Below are positions 62,971-64,000 of a stretch of DNA of 64,000 bases, in pieces. Position numbers and translations under genes: made by a program. Source of the DNA: Chiloscyllium plagiosum. Lineage: Eukaryota. Under the pieces are notes generated by a model that did not search any database, was not told the origin of the DNA, and saw nothing but the letters and a program-made list of their open reading frames with translations. Each line of letters begins with the position of its first letter. Position 1 is the first letter of the stretch. Location of the stretch: NCBI RefSeq assembly GCF_004010195.1, contig NC_057751.1:17424435-17488434 (forward strand), in the 5' to 3' direction.

Positions 62971-63872
62971 TCAACATTTAATATATTTAACAATTTGAGC
63001 AAACGGATATTTCATCATATTCTTCAACTGCTCTCTGAACTTTTGATGCGTCACAACATAAATCACAGAGTTTGTGCAGCAACTGAGCATTTGGAGCATG
63101 TAGCCCAAATCCATGACAAAAAAAGGCAGCGATTTAGACTGATATCCCAAAAATACCATTCGTGAACTGATGGAAAACACCATTGATACTGACCATAACA
63201 ATATGAAATTGCCTGAGATGAGAAACAACAAAATGATAGAGTTTCGTCGATTCTTCATCTCTGGGTCTGTGACTCTCTTTCTGTTGATCTGATGGTGAAG
63301 TCGCCTGCGAGCTTTGCTTGTCACCACAATGTATCTGACCGTTAAAGCATTGAAAAAGAGGATGAGAATAAAAGCAACTCCCGGAGTAAGAACATAATGA
63401 ATGAACTCAATTGCCCCCCAGACCGACGAAAGCTTGATATCCATTTTCACCCAACAAAACCAGGGTCTGTTTTTCAGTCGATAACGACCAGTATACACAA
63501 AATACCAAGAAATGTTCTTCAAACAGCTCAATACAGTCACTGTGCCCAGAACCACTGCCGTTGTTTTCATTTTGCAAAAGTTGGTTTTCAGATTTGAACA
63601 ACAAATGGTAACAAATCGTTCAAAGGTGAAAGTGCTGGTGAACCAAACAGAGCAGTCAGTGGCTGCATAAAGTAAGATAGCATGGATATTGCACACGGGG
63701 ATTGTGTGTAAGATGTGATACCGTTCCTTATAGACGAATAGAATGTGTCGCAATATGAGATCAACGATAATGACCAGAAGATCTGCCGTTGCCATGGCTA
63801 GCAGGTAGTGAGTAATACGTTGGCAGAGACCACTCTTCCCCCGGGACAGGATCACAATTGTTGCTATGTTAG
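62971..63872 (-). CDS. Intact main coding exon of a class A orphan GPCR, GPR139/GPR142-like (shark-expanded family); exon 1 lies outside the window
   Basis: Open frame of ~300 codons with TM1 end to TM7: ANIATIVILS, YLLAMATADLL, CSVWFTSTFTFERFVTICC, LTPGVAFILILFFN, SIILLFLISGNFILLW, LSCCTNSVIYVV..KFREQL. A polypyrimidine/AG acceptor (tttactttcctcacAG) sits at 63873-63874, so the ORF start called at 63891 is intronic. Confidence 0.93.
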
Positions 63873-64000
63873 CTGTGAGGAAAGTAAACAATGAATTTAT
63901 AGATTCTGCTCAGAGAAAATGTAACAATTTTTCTTAGCACTGATAGAGATGTGCACGTGTTTTTACTGGACTGAGGGTCATGCGCTGGAGCCACGTACTG

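Noticed and set aside
63873..63891. ORF-track start MFTFLT of the GPCR
   Set aside because: This is the intronic polypyrimidine tract and AG acceptor, with a non-ATG start. The true N-terminus and TM1 start must come from an upstream exon.

Overview
This is eukaryotic, transposon-saturated genomic DNA, almost certainly from a shark or other elasmobranch (HE1-type V-SINEs, CR1 LINEs, shark-style NLR and GPR139-like genes). From left to right the window holds: (1) a heavily decayed epsilon/gamma-like endogenous retrovirus on the minus strand (~1-5740; gag-PR-RT-RNaseH-IN-env, with env running off the left edge); (2) a Penelope-like terminal fragment carrying an intact-looking minimal hammerhead ribozyme (~9906-9945); (3) an NLR (NACHT-LRR) pseudogene on the minus strand (12439-19530) whose ATPase core has been deleted, followed by a tandem paralogous unit that lost the whole NACHT exon; (4) a Gmr1-type Gypsy remnant (IN before RT) and a second canonical Gypsy, each interrupted in its RNase H by a young CR1 of the same subfamily in opposite orientation; (5) Penelope and Tx1 remnants and many CR1 fragments, including one near full-length CR1 with an SGNH-esterase ORF1; (6) at the right edge, an intact 7TM exon of a GPR139/GPR142-like GPCR. 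I see no clearly unprecedented system. The best leads are the shark ERV with an unexplained hydrophobic, Cys-rich ORF upstream of gag, the ATPase-less and duplicated NLR locus, the hammerhead, and the intact orphan GPCR. All family calls come from recognising motifs by eye, with no database searches, and most element boundaries are approximate.
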